Below, in pieces: positions 11,721 to 27,097 of a stretch of DNA of 64,000 bases; the first letter of the stretch is position 1; each line of letters begins with the position of its first letter. The position numbers and the translations under genes are program-made. The notes under the pieces were generated by a model. That model was not told the DNA's origin and made no database searches. It saw only the letters and a list, made by a program, of their open reading frames with translations. This DNA comes from Eledone cirrhosa. Its lineage: Eukaryota. Location of the stretch: positions 60,636,001 through 60,700,000 of the forward strand of contig OZ024744.1 of assembly GCA_964016885.1 (NCBI GenBank), read 5' to 3'.

Positions 11721-13724
11721 AAGTCTAATCAATGTTCCACATACAAATAACTACTACAAGAAACCTAAAATTATCAGTCTGTCAACTTGGACGTCATTTT
11801 TATGCTTTTGTTTCCTTTTAAGAAAATAACATATTTCGAAAAGAAAAATATTTGTCTATGTACACCTACGGCTAAGTACATTTGCGTGTGCATATATACA
11901 TATACACCCATTTACATATACATACATTCATTTACATTTGTGCAACACTAGTCAGTGTCTCTTCACAGAGGGTTGCTGAAAGATGTTTAACCTTTCCCCT
12001 AACTGCACACGTATCATTTTACATACACATGTGTATTAATATTTTGTTTGTTTAGTAAGAGCTGAAATGTCCTATAACTAAAATATCTATTTTATGTCCA
12101 GTCATCAACTTTCATAGGGAGGGGGTTTTATGTTCTTTAGAATTTCACTAATAAGAGCTTCGTGTAGATGTGGCTGATCCTGAATGCCGGAAAGATATTT
12201 GTCTCACAAAGCTAGGTTTCTTCCTTAAATAACATTCTAGCAAAAAGATATACATAATTGTTGTTGTTTACCGTTCACACCTAAGCATATTTCTCGGCTG
12301 TTTTTTCAACGATAGGAATGCCAGGCTCACATCGGTTTCCGGCGAGTTTTAATAAGAGACCCATTCCAATTCTATCATGAAAAACAACGTGAAATGAAGC
12401 AGCGTCTTGCTCAAGAACACAACTCGGCGCCCACTTCAAGAATCAAATCCACGCGCCTTCACATTTTGGTATATAATCGTTGGCTTTCAAAACGCATAAT
12501 TTTGTGCAGATTCTGAATAAAAGATATTTTGTGGATGGGAGATTTTGGGATTTTACATTGTCTCAAATTCTTTTTTTCATTACAACAGAAGATATAAAAG
12601 ACTTTCCTCTTTTCGATTAAGAGAACTGAAAGATTTTTTACTCTAAAGTACCATCGTTTTACCCACCATCAACCCCCTCCACCACTATTGCAACAAGAAT
12701 GAAAAAGTCAAACTGGATTTCTCTAGAACTCGCACTGGCATTAACCCTTTTGATACCATATTTCGGATGAAACACACCATGTATTTCAATTAATATTTTA
12801 AAATAACTAAACATTCAGAGGAATTTGTAAAATAATTTTGTTAATAAGCTGGTATTTGAAACAACTTCAAATGACTTGACAAAATTATTATGGAAGGCTT
12901 TAATATATTTTTGTTGCCTTCGTGTGTTAATGTGACGCCAATAATGACAACTATAGAGTTGAACGAATTTAATTTTCGGTGTCCAGGATTGATATGTAAT
13001 AATTACTCTGATTACCAGATATATTAATCACACAAACTGGAAAATTTACGTTTTGATAAATTGGTTTGCATAAGAGAAACCCAATAGTTTATGTTGGTTA
13101 CTAATACGTGGAAAATAAGAATATTTTAATCTATTTCTGAAATATAATTACATAGATGGTCAGTATACATGTACAGAGAATTAAATAATTGTATAAGTAA
13201 CTTTAGAGACAAATGTAGGGTTAGGACCCAAGATTTATGATTGGAAGGCAAACTTATTGTAGTTACAGACATATATACGGCGTATTATGGCTATATAAAA
13301 CATATTAGCTTTGTTAAACATGTCAATTTGCACACCAGCTATTTTTCCATTCTCACTCGCACCCTTCCCCAAGTAATACTGCATTAGGCTGCTACTTAAG
13401 ATTCTGGATGCGAAGATAAAATATCTTTGGGCAGAAAAACCTAGTACACCTATTTCCGACGCCAAGCCTCTACAAATTGCAATAAAGGAATGTAGTAACA
13501 TGAATGAAACAAACTTTAGTGAAAAAGGCTCAACCTCAGATCAATGGACTCCTCATGATACAAAGCATTGATATGAATGGCTATAGTGATCGGGCTTTCT
13601 ATAAGACACCTCCAGAGCTTTCTCTGCCTATATAAACTGCATCACCTGTGTATGATTTCAGATGAAATATCAGTGAAATTGTTTTTCAAATTCTTATATT
13701 TATGTGCATAAATGAATGGACGAC

Positions 13725-13875
13725 GAAGGCGCCAACCAACAATCTGAGTTCAAATCTCGAGGTCAACTTTGCCTTTCGTTCTTCCAGGGTCGATAAAATA
13801 AAGTCAAGTACTGGATCGATTAAACAGACTTTCTCGTCCCGAAATTTCTGGCTTTGTGCCTAAGTTAGAAACAAA
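13725..13875 (+). mobile_element. Diverged SINE copy
   Basis: GAGTTCAAATC...AACTTTGCCTTTC...GGGTCGATAAAATAAAGT. Confidence 0.55.
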
Positions 13876-14079
13876 TGTTTCTAACTTAAATACAAGGTCA
13901 GAATTTTGGAGACAATGAAAATGAAAGTAGACTATGAATTTATGAGCCAGGTATGAGAAAATATTTCCTGGTAACAAAATGCATTGTCAAATCAATTCGT
14001 GAAAGTAATTAACACTTGTAAACCCTAAGTTTTGGCAACAAGACTCATATTGCTAGCTAAGGAAAATTTGATTGGAAAT

Positions 14080-14300
14080 CGTTACGCCTTTCCATGATGG
14101 CGTGGGTTAGACGGTCATCAAGGTCCGAAACTAGATCAGGTCGGATAACATCCTGTTCATACATTCCATATTATGGCATGTTTTTACGGCTGGATGGCCG
14201 AATTAAACACCAACATCCTGTTCATACATTCCATATTATGGCATGTTTTTACGGCTGGATGGCCGAATTAAACACCAACAATTTTACAGAAAGCACTACG
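14080..14300 (-). mobile_element. Diverged RTE-tailed SINE with an exact 65-bp tandem duplication (14147-14276)
   Basis: Minus-strand CATCCAGCCGTAAAAA resembles 3617-3631, and the tail resembles the RTE 3' end. Two identical 65-bp units. Confidence 0.55.
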
Positions 14301-14744
14301 ACTTTACAGAGTGTATCGAGCGCATATTGTATATTGCTTGATAGCTTGTTTTATAGACCACTCTCTAGCAGAAAATTACTTTGGTAAAACTGATTCTGGT
14401 GACACTGAAACTCGGATCTGGGGTAAACAAAGAAAATCTAGTATAGTTTTAGATCAACGATCAAGTATATTCTAAATGTCTTCTCGTCTGTGATAAGGAG
14501 CTATGTGACTGATCCCACTGTTTAGTTGATCTTGCATTGACGTATGGTTGTTACTCAAAGAAACGGATCAGACATCTGCCAAAACGTAACTAAACTTCTC
14601 AAATTTATTTAATAAGGAGCGATTCAAAAGTAAAAATGAGTTAAATACCTTAAATTCTAAATTCATTAATGAAACAAAAGTGAAAATGCGGATGAAAAAC
14701 AATGAAATATAAGAAATTTATCGTCGAGAAATATTTTAAGAAAC

Positions 14745-15635
14745 AAGAGTATTTGTGTTCGGATAAATGGTGGTAAATCGAAACTATTCAAAGTGGGAGT
14801 CTGACTCCTCCGAGGGTGCGTACTGTCACCTCTCCTATTCATTATTTTCATGAACAGGATTGACATGTTTAGCCGGTTGGAAATGGTATCAGGACTGGCA
14901 GGCGTAAAATAAGTCGGTTGGAATTTGCAGATGACATGGTTACTTAACTCGACAGAAGATGGTCTCCGACTTGCACTTGATAGGTTTGATGCCGAGTGCT
15001 GCATGACTGGAATGAAAATCAACGCAGCGAAAACTGAGACACTCGTCTTCTCAAGGAAGAGTTCCACAGAAGCAGATGGAGAAGTTCAAGTATCTTGGGG
15101 TCGTGTTCACGAGTGATGGAAGGCAGGAGGCTGAATTAAGTACAAGAACTACAGGAGCTGCTGCAGTAATGCGCTAGCTTCAGCATTCTGTAATCAAAAG
15201 GAGACAGATAGGTGTAAAAGCCAAACTTGTTATCTTCAATTCGGTATTCATGCCAACCGTTACCTATGGCCATGAATTTTGGGTAATGACCGAAAGAATA
15301 CGATCGCGAATACAAGCGGCCAAAATAAGGTTCCTCAGAGGGGTCTTTAAGAGTAACGTTACTTAATAGAGGGCATAGCTCGGACATCAGAGTAATTCCA
15401 GGTAGAGCTGCTACTTCTCCGATCACAGCTCCAATACTATGGGCGTGTGGTTAGAATGTCTCAGGAAAGAATCGCTGGACAGATTTTACAGGCAAAACCA
15501 ACCGGCAAAAGACGATGGGGTAGACCCTGAGCAAGATGGTTGGATAACATCCATGAGCTTGGCTAAACATGCTTAGCAATCCAGCCGGATCAGATGGAGA
15601 CGGTTGCTTATGATAGGACCCGCTGGAAGGAATAA
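14745..15635 (+). mobile_element. Degenerate 5'-truncated RTE-family LINE
   Basis: GCVLSPLLFIIFM, ADD, GMKINAAKTE, FKYLG, LTYGHE and GRP remnants with stops and frameshifts. Confidence 0.85.
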
Positions 15636-15847
15636 GTGGATGAAGAAGGATAAGGAGGAGATGGAGAGGAGGGGGAGAAATTTTATTTTAAGAAACTTTG
15701 AAAAAGAAAATTGCGATCGATTGTAAAATAAAAAAAATTGTTACGTGTGATTTATAAAGATCCACCCTAGTTATATGGTACAGAACTATTTTTAAATGTT
15801 TATATTTATCTAACTACCTATCATAGTTTTATGTAAGAACCTTTAAC

Positions 15848-18800
15848 TTTTTTTTTTTTTCAGGCTATGTGTTCCATCACCTACATGATAAAGGGACTTT
15901 TATTTATTCGACAAATTTCAATTCGGTTATATATTTGCAATAACAAAAAGAAAAAGAAAGAGGGAAAAAAATTAAATAACGAAATTAAGGAAAAGGTTTA
16001 GGGAAGAGAAAGGCAATGTTTAAATAAAAAAAGAGGAAAAAAAACTGGAAACTTAAGGAATACCAAAAAGTACTAAAAAAAAAAAAATCCTCGTTTAAAA
16101 CAGTAAAGAAAATGTAAAGGAAGGGGTGAACAACCGAGCCAACACCAGAGCAAAACAGCAGCGAGGGGTACTGGGCGACCTCTAATGACTTTTGAAGCAA
16201 GCCAGCACACTCGCAGCGTTGCCTCGGGTGATGGTGAGGCTAATGCGGTGGAACAGCCAAGCGCCCTCGCGAGATTCGCCAGTTATCTCTATTAGGCGAG
16301 CCGCCAGTGAAGAGTGAAACCTCCCCCAAACGTCTCGAAAGCCACAGGCTGAAAGAGGAAGCTGGCCGACAGATCAGAGTATTTGAGGGTCTTACTCCGC
16401 TCGGCTGCGGAAGCTGTGGCTCTCGTCCTAACCGCAGCATCCAGGATGTGGGAGAGAGCAAAAGAGTCACTAACAGTGACGTCCCAGACAAGGCACCTGC
16501 CTCTCGACCAGGGGCACAGGGTAAGGCCGCCACTTCTGGACAACCCAGATGGTTCCAAGACTGAGGGGATGTTCGCCCGGGCCAAAGCTCTCTTGGGGAT
16601 GAGGTTTAGCTCCGTGTGACGTGCGAAGCGGCTGGCATTCAGGCAGCAAGACCGTGGTGGCCTGTGGAGTCGAGTAGTTTGCCCCAATCGGCATCTTAAA
16701 CATATGCAGACGTCAGCTCCAACTCTGAGGGCGATGGAGACACGAAGTTCGTCCAGGCTGAGTAGGCCACGGGTATTGCATCAACCCAGTCGCCTGAGTA
16801 CTTGGCGCAGGCAGATAGTAAGCAGCATCTTGCAAACTGATCTGATTGGACGAAGAGAGAGACGAAGGTGGTCTTCGAACTTATGTTGTCCCAAGTTCCC
16901 TGACTACGATTGTCCTCCACCTTCTCAGGAAGAGACAAGACCAACTCACTCCATTGCTGGAGAGCTTCACCCAACTCCCTGTTGGAACTAGTCCATGTTG
17001 GAGAGGAGAGGATGCTGCTCACCAGGGTGGAGGAAAGGAAGCAGGGGAGAGAGGGACGAACACTTACGAAGACCAAGACCTCCAAATCGCTTGGGCAACA
17101 CAGCCTGATAGCGGGACTCTGGAGAGAGTCTAACATTGACCAGGCACTCGAGTCTCTCGAAGATTAGGTCGTCGAAGCGTTGGAGGCTGGGCGGAAATCT
17201 GTGAGAGGGGCGGACCATGAAGAAACCTTGAGGTTCGATAACCAATATTCTTCAGCAGCTGCTCAAGGCCAACCATCTTCGATTAGAAAGAAGATTGACT
17301 CGAAGGCAATGTCTGTGATTGGGGCTCCTAAGGAGCACCAAGCCGACGAGAGAGGGACCGCGATGGAAGGAAAGGACTCTGCAAACAGATCGATTAGCTG
17401 TTGGTATTGAGAAGCCGGGTGGTTGAGGATCGAGAGCTCACATTTGGAGCTATTGACCTGGAGACCCCGGCGGCCAAGCTCCTCAATCATCTTGTTGGCA
17501 GTTGCGAGAACCATATCCGGAACGTTCCTGAGGTCAAATTTGAGGATGACCTTGGGGGACGAGGAGGGCAAGTTGGTAAATGCTCTGGTAGCGTGGACAG
17601 CAGCCTCACATCCCAACCTGGTACCCACCCCCAGCTGGATGGGGGAAAACTCCTCCGCCAGCGAGTCGGAGACCAACAGCAAAGACGCCTTTGCAGTGAG
17701 GCGGCGAAGAGTGCAGCCAACCGCAATGGGGCGCAGGTTCCAGTTGAGCTTGGTGAGACCAAATAGCTTCGCACCAAAGAACTGTGGGCGGATGAACGTG
17801 AGAACGTTCACTGAAGAGAATTGATTCACAAACTGAGACAGACTCTCCAAGAGCTCGAGTCCGGCATCACCGGCCGATAAGGAGATACCATCCTTGAGGT
17901 GTTGAGGACGAAGGCCGTCAATTCCCGCGCCTGACCCAGCGGGGAAGGATGAAATCGCCTTTCTGATGATATCGGTGGTGTAAACCGGTCTCAAGTATTC
18001 TGGTGGTTCGGGCCAGTGTAGCTGATCATCTGGGGGTGCCGATGGGTGCTTCTCTTTCAGTCGCTCAAGAGAATCAGAGTTGCACGGAGCAAGGGAGGAC
18101 AGAGAAGGGAGGAGACGGACAGCCCCTTTAATGTCAAATTCGTTGAATTTGGCATTGACCGCTCGCTTGAGGTCTACCAGTTGTCTGTTGGTGGACACCG
18201 AGCTTGATGTCTAACTGAGATGAGACGTGGTTGGGGCGGTCTCAAACAGCTGGAACTGCCGCTTGAGAGAGGACGTGAGGGAACCCGAATTTGCATTGTG
18301 CACGTGAAGAGAAATGAGGGGAAACAAAAACAATTTCTGCCAGTCAAACCTATTGTTGGACGAGCAAACGTTTTTCAATAAATTAGAGAGCGCACGTGCA
18401 AAGCTATTCCGAGCTCCCTTAAGGATCCGGTTAATGAGCTTAGATTTGGAGAAACCCTGGAGAGCTGTGGCAAAGTCCTCGGTAGAGAGTTGGTCATCGT
18501 AGCGTGGGGCATTCCCACGGAATACGTCGGAGCTGACGTGGCACCGATTACAGGTCCAGTATTGAAGCCTTTCGACTTGTGCCTTGGTGATGCCGACACA
18601 GCTTCTGTGGTAGCTTGCGTAGCGTAGGTGACATTTAATTGTCTTTAAGTACCCGTTAGTGCGGGCACAGAGAGCGCAATCAGGTGGCGGGCTGGCAGCA
18701 GCCGGCACTAGAGGACCAGCGTCGGAATTCGGTGAGGGGCAGCAGTGGTTCTAACGGTGAGACTAGAGCGGAGGTTGGGTGGTGGGCTAACAGTTGTAGG

Positions 18801-19230
18801 GTGGTGGGGTTGGCCGGGTTGAATTCGCTCGGAATCAGCGGTGAAGGGGAGGTGAGGAGGGGGTAGGTGGGGACATGTTAGCTCCTCTCGTGCGTGCCGA
18901 AGTTGGTGGAGAATGAGAGGTCGAAGGCTGACCGGTTGTCAGTCGTTCCACCAAGCAGGTTTGGTCGTTCGACGCATGCCACCGCCACCTAGAGTGAACT
19001 AGATTAAAGTGGGGGCAACTTTATCAATCGGCAATCACCGGTGATAGTTCGATCGAAACATCGGGCCACCAACGGGTTGAGTAGACATAGGTGGGCTGTG
19101 CGCAAGGACGAAGTAAGGGGTGAGCAGAGAGAGGGAGAAGATTATGAGTGCGTGGAGAGGAGCGTGGTCAATGTGAGAGGCAGGTAAATACAGCGGAAGA
19201 GAAAGAACAATGAACATGCAAAGAGAAGGA
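15848..19230 (-). mobile_element. Decayed CRE-type non-LTR retrotransposon (PHD - RT - restriction-like endonuclease); 5' limit approximate
   Basis: GAGIDGLRPQHLKD, LRPIAVG..LRRL, QLGVG..GCEAAVH, LPKRFGGLGLR, RHTELN, PW.RGRCLVWDVTV and RGNAASVL. Stop at 16182-16184 and minus-strand poly(A) at 15848-15860. Multiple stops and frameshifts. Confidence 0.88.
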
Positions 19231-20989
19231 AAATAAAAACGTTAGAAGTACAAAATTTAAGGTTGTGTAATATTTCGCATGGGTAAATCCACAGTAAAAT
19301 CAGAAATTATTCAAATATTGTAAGCCCGTCCATTGAGAATTTCGTTGAGATGTATGCGAAAATGTAAATAAATATTTATATCCCAGACAGAAATGTTAAT
19401 TTTCACTTCTATATACTCTATTATATAATTATCTGCTGGTGGATTTTGTATTTCGCTCTATATCTTAACTGAACTTTCTGTTATCACTGCTATGAAATTC
19501 AGTTTCTACAATTTCTCATAGAATTATGTTGCTAAACTGCCAAGCTATTTCGTCCGATTGCATTCTGGTTTCAAACATTTCTTGACAGTTCTCTATAAAC
19601 TTTTCTGGCTATCATTTCTTTTGAGAAGATATGGTGTCCATTTGTTTGGTTTTTGTATCAGAAGACCTTAAAAATTCTGAATACGTTTGCAGGATATTAC
19701 TTTCTGTTCGGCCGTAAAATTTACATTTAGTATTATTTTCGATATAGTTGTGTTTCAGTTTTTTCATCTACTACTTTTTTACTTGGTTATGTTCAGTATG
19801 GATTTCTTTGTTACCTTTAAACAAAAAAAGGCCATCAAAATAATGTTTCAAACATAATGGTATAAAGTTCGTTATATTATTACATCCCTCCAAATTCTCG
19901 TTATTTTGAAAATTATTTGAAAATCATAGAATTACAAACACGAATTAACTCAATATTTCTAATGAAACTATGCTGTGTGTTTATATACATTCACACATTT
20001 GAGTCATATAAGGTCACAGCTGGCGAAGAGAAATTCGCTAGTCAATGGTAATATATTTTGTCATAAATGACAGTTCACTACTCTCACCTGACTAAAATCT
20101 TTTATCACCACACCATCCAAAAGCTACGTTTTGTCACCTCTAAAGAAATACACTATTTGCATTTATAAATTAATGAAAATGTTTGAGAAAGTGACTAAAA
20201 ATTATTACTTCATTATTATGTAAATTAACATGGTTCTTATATAAAATTATATTGGAAGATTTAAATTCAAATAGGTACTCTTTAAAATGGGCGGCTTAGT
20301 TTCATATACCCAGAACTGATTTTGACTGGGTTACCAAAGCAACGATATCAAAGCCAGGTTTAAACTCGTCCTTGGGTTTGCTTTGAGGAAATTATTCCGA
20401 TCCATGCATTATTTAACGCTTAAATTCATGTAACCAACATATTAACTAAGACTAATGAACTAAACACGTATCTTTCCTTTGAGTCTAGGGAAGAATCTTT
20501 TTTAATAAAATACAATTTACAGATCAAACCAATATAATAGGTTTAGCCGGACTTCTTCGGTCACATGAAATGCAAAATGAAATTAAGCAACTTGCCCAGT
20601 CCAGTCAAAGAATCGAACACACAAATCTATGATCGCTAGTCAAACGATGACAAAAAAAGAAGAGTAACAGAAACACCAGTTCAGTACTTTCCTTGAAACA
20701 AATAGCATTTAAAAAAAAGAATGACAAAAAAATACAGGTTCATAGGAGCACGGGAGAAAAATAAAACATTCCATATCTACGTGTGTAATACAATCAACAA
20801 CTATTAGAGCAGATTTTGGAATTAATTTCATCTTTCCAAACAAAAGAATACCGAGAGAAATTATTTAAATATTCTTAGAATATCTAAATAAAGCAGTGAC
20901 ACTGCTAACATTTGTCAATTACACACACACACACACACACACACGTATGTATGTGTGTGTATATATATACATATATATATATGTATAAG

Positions 20990-21130
20990 CCGGGTAAAAT
21001 TCCTGAGATCCATGGACGAGTCTGTCCCTCATTATCGCTGCCATATCCTGCGTCTCCAAGGCATCAGTGTCTATCCTCAGGGCATCAACATATGTTAACC
21101 TCGGTCTTCATCTTCCAGTGTGTCCATGCA
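20990..21130 (-). mobile_element. Short RTE-like LINE 3' remnant
   Basis: Minus strand reads [20 protein letters not shown]...MRDR, paralleling the element end at 943-1108. Confidence 0.6.
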
Positions 21131-22928
21131 TATACATATATATACATGTATATACACACCCACACATATATATATATACACACGTACATATATACACACA
21201 TATATATATATACACGTACATATATACACACATATATACACATACGTACGCATATATATATATATATACAGACACGTATATACATATACACACATACATA
21301 TATACACGTATATATATATATACACATATATATAGATATATATACATACATACATATACATACATGTATACACATATATACATATACATGTATACACATA
21401 TACATGTATACACATATATACATATACATGTATACACATATATACATATACATGTATACACATATATACATATACATGTATACACATACATGTATACACA
21501 TATATATACATATACATGTATACACATATATATACATACATGTATACACATATATATACATACATGTATACACATATATATACATACATGTATACACATA
21601 TATACATACATGTATACACATATATATACATACATGTATACACATATATATACATACATGTATACACATATATATACATACATGTATACACATATATATA
21701 CACATATATATACATACATGTATACACATATATATACATACATGTATACACATATATATACATATACACATATATATACATATACACATATATATACATA
21801 TACACATATATATACATATACACATATACATACATGTATACACATATATATACATATACACATATATATACATATACACATATATATACACATATACACA
21901 TACATATATACACATACATATACATATATACACATACATATACATATATACACATACATATACATATATTCACATACATATACATATATTCACATACATA
22001 TACATATATTCACATATACATATATTCATATATATATACATATACATATATACACATATACATATATACATACATATACATATATACATACATATACATA
22101 TATACATACATATACATATATACATACATACATATATACACATATACACACATACATATATATACATATACACACATATATACACATACATACACACATA
22201 TATACACATATACACACATATATACACATACTTATACACATATATACATATACACATATATACACATACTTATACACATATATACATATACACATATATA
22301 CACATATATATACACATATATGTATACACATATATACACGCATATATATATACACACACATACATACACATATATATATACACATATAAATACACGTATA
22401 TATATATATACACACACATACATATATATACATATATACATATATATACACATATATACATATATATACACATATATACATATATATACACATATATACA
22501 TATATATACACATATATATACACATATACATATATATATATATACACATATGTATATATGTATACACATATATATATACACCTATATGTATATATATATA
22601 CACCTATATGTATATATATATACACATATATATATACACATATATGTATATATATATACACCTATATGTATATATATATACACCTATATGTATATATATA
22701 TATACACCTATATGTATATATATATACACATATATATGTATATATATATACACATATATATGTATATATATATACATATACACATATATATATACATATA
22801 CACATATATATGTATATATATATATACATATACACATATATATGTATATATATACATATATATGTATATATATACACATATACACGTATATATAAATATA
22901 TACATATATATATATATATATACATATA
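21130..22928. repeat. Compound TA/CA microsatellite array 1
   Basis: Alternating purine-pyrimidine sequence with local TACATG and CACCTATATG variants. Confidence 0.97.
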
Positions 22929-24170
22929 CTCCGTATACACATAGCCAAACCCTAAATACCAGAATACACCCAATATAAGTTACACTGGGAGATCCTAGCT
23001 AGGGCTAGATCGTATAACGGAAATAAAAGACCATGTGACCTCAGCGCCGCTGAGGCTCTGGAAATACTCTACGCTACAGACCACATCTTAAAAAAATCTG
23101 AGGCAATTTCGGCTTGTAAACATAAATTGCACAAAACTTTCCTGCATTACAGCCCCACCTTATACCCTAACGGATAGCACGATCTATACGTGGATATTTT
23201 ACGTCTTGATGTGGGAGCTAAGTATATGTTTTGTTTATTCCTTTACTTATTTGCATAGGTAAGTATATATTACCTGTATGTTTTGTGAAGGTATGTATAC
23301 CTTCTCGTACGTATATTTGACTGTTATAGCGGAGAATTTTTACATATTCTGGTATTTAGGGTTTGGCTATGTGTATACGGGAGTTTTGCGTCCGCGTGAG
23401 TGTGCAGGTTCGTACGTATGGTGGGTGTGTGTATATGTGTACTTCTTGTTTTAGTTGACTTACGTCTCCGAACATTCGTGTATTTATATGTAGGTATGCG
23501 TGTGCGCTTGTTATATACGTATTTATTTACTTATATACGTTTATATAATTATTTATTTATTTGTACACAAGCATACACACACACACATATTTATATGTGC
23601 GTGGTTTGTATACCCTTGGTAAGGTTTTGCGTATGCTTGTGTATGTACGTATCTGTTTGCGTGTATGTATTTATTTGTTCCTATTACTTCTGTATTGTAT
23701 TTATTTACTTTGTTCTTAACTCTGTAGCGGAGATTCATTTGGTCTCCTAGTTAGAATTTTAGTCTACGATTTCTGCTATACCATTTACGTGATTTTGTCT
23801 TTGCGTGCTATTGTTCTCCACGCTCCACATATGACTTATCTTCGTTTTTTCGTTCATTGCCAGAGAACGTCTATGCACCACCTAAGAGAACATTAGTCTA
23901 CGACCTCTTTTATACCATAAACGTGGTTTTGTCTTTGCGCGTAGTTGTTTTTCACCGCCCCTATTAATGACGTATTATTCGTTTTTTCCCGTTCTTTGCC
24001 AGCGAACGTTACCACGAACCAAAGTATCGTCTTCCTGTCTTCCTCCGGTTGCAACGTTTTTTGAAATATCCAGTTCTGCGTTTACAGATTGACTTTGTTA
24101 GTTTCAGAAGATCCCGTTAAGGGTGAAAGCAGCGATTCTTTGCTTAAACTTTAATCTGTTATTTTAATAA
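22929..24170 (+). mobile_element. 5'-truncated Penelope-like element: GIY-YIG C-terminus, 3' UTR/pLTR and an inverted segment at its 5' end
   Basis: ~22983-23178 reads [29 protein letters not shown]...ILKKSEAISACKHK*. 36-bp inverted repeat at 22931-22966/23345-23380. A ~135-bp diverged tandem pair lies at ~23759-24010. Hammerhead-like fold near the 3' end, microsatellite on both sides. Confidence 0.75.
24084..24159 (+). ncRNA. Type I hammerhead ribozyme-like fold with a core substitution
   Basis: ACAGATTGA..AGTTT-CAGAAGA-TCCC gttaa GGGT-GAAA-GCA...TGC-TT-AAACT-TTAATCTGT. The CUGANGA box reads CAGAAGA. Confidence 0.6.
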
Positions 24171-24450
24171 ATATATATACATACATACATACATATATAT
24201 ATACATATATATATATATACATACATACATACATATACATACATATATATACATATACATACATACATATACATACATACATATACATACATATATATAT
24301 ATACATACATATATATATATACATACATATATATATATACATATATATATATACATACATATATATATACATACATATATATATATACATACATATATAT
24401 ATATACATACATATATATATATATATACATACATACATACATATATATAC

Positions 24451-24503
<53 letters not shown>

Positions 24504-24550
24504 CATATATATACATACATACATACACATACATACATACATACATACAT

Positions 24551-24583
<33 letters not shown>

Positions 24584-24606
24584 CATACATACATACATAT
24601 ATATAC

Positions 24607-24649
<43 letters not shown>

Positions 24650-24932
24650 CATACATATATATACATACATACATATACATACATACATATATATATATAT
24701 ACATACATACATACATATATATACATACATACATATATATATATATACATACATACATACATATATATACATACATACATATATATATACATATACATAT
24801 ATATATACATATATATATATACATACATACATATATACATACATACATACATATATACATACATATATATATATACATACATATATACATATATATACAT
24901 ACATACATATATACATACATACATATATATAC

Positions 24933-24963
<31 letters not shown>

Positions 24964-24964
24964 C

Positions 24965-24999
<35 letters not shown>

Positions 25000-25092
25000 C
25001 ATACATATATACATACATTATATATACATACATAATATATATACATACATATATATATATACATACATATATATATATACATACATAATATA

Positions 25093-25130
<38 letters not shown>

Positions 25131-25198
25131 CATACATATATATATATATACATACATATATATATATATACATACATATATATATACATACATATATA

Positions 25199-25235
<37 letters not shown>

Positions 25236-26155
25236 ATATATACTATATACATACATATATATATACATACATATATATATATATACATACATATATATAT
25301 ACATACATATATATATACATACATACATATATACATACATACATATATATATATACATACATACATATATATATACATACATACATATATATATACATAC
25401 ATACATATATATAAACATACATACATATATATACATACATACATATATATATATACATACATATATATATATACATACATATATATATATACATACATAT
25501 ATATATATATACATACATAATATATATATATACATACATATATATATATATACATACATATATATATATATACATACATACATATATATATACATACATA
25601 CAATATATATAATACATACATACATATATATAATATATATATATACATACATATATATATATATACATACATACATACATATATACATACATACATATAT
25701 AACATATATATATATATACATACATATATATATATATACATACATATAAATATATACATACATACATATATATATACATACATATATATATATACATACA
25801 TATATATATACATACATATATATATATACATACATACTATATATACATACATATATATATATATACATACATATATATATACATACATACATATATATAT
25901 ACATACATACATATATATATATACATACATACATATATATATAATACATACATAATATAATATACAACATACATATATACATATATATACATATATATAT
26001 ATATAATACATACATATATATATATATACATACATATATATAATAATACATACATACATAATATATAATACATATATATATATATATACATACATATATA
26101 TATATACATACATAATATATATATATACATACATACATACACATACATACATACA

Positions 26156-26191
<36 letters not shown>

Positions 26192-26340
26192 TATATACAT
26201 ACATATATATATATACATACATACATATATATATATACATACATATATATATATATACATACATATATATATATACATACATATATATATATACATACAT
26301 ATATATATATATATACATACATATATATATATATATATAC

Positions 26341-26374
<34 letters not shown>

Positions 26375-26852
26375 ACATACATATATATATATACATACAT
26401 ATATATATATACATACATATATATATATATACATACATACATACATATATATATATACATACATACATATATATATATACATACATACATATATATATAT
26501 ACATACATACATATATATATATATATACATACATATATATATATATACATACATATATATATATATACATACATATATATATATACATACATATATATAT
26601 ATATATACATACATATATATATACATACATATATATATATATATACATACATATATATATATATATACATACATATATATATATATATACATACATATAT
26701 ATATATACATACATATATATATATATATACATACATATATATATATATATACATACATATATATATATACATAACATATATATATATATATACATACATA
26801 TATATAATATACATACATATATATATATATATACATACATATATATATATAT

Positions 26853-26883
<31 letters not shown>

Positions 26884-27041
26884 CATACATATATATATAT
26901 ACATACATATATATATATACATACATATATATATATATATATACATACATATATATATATATACATACATATATATATATACATACATATATATATATAC
27001 ATACATATATATATATACATACATATATATATATACATACA

Positions 27042-27082
<41 letters not shown>

Positions 27083-27097
27083 ACATACATGCATACA
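24170..27097. repeat. Compound (TA)n/(TACA)n array 2
   Basis: Directly visible. Confidence 0.97.
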
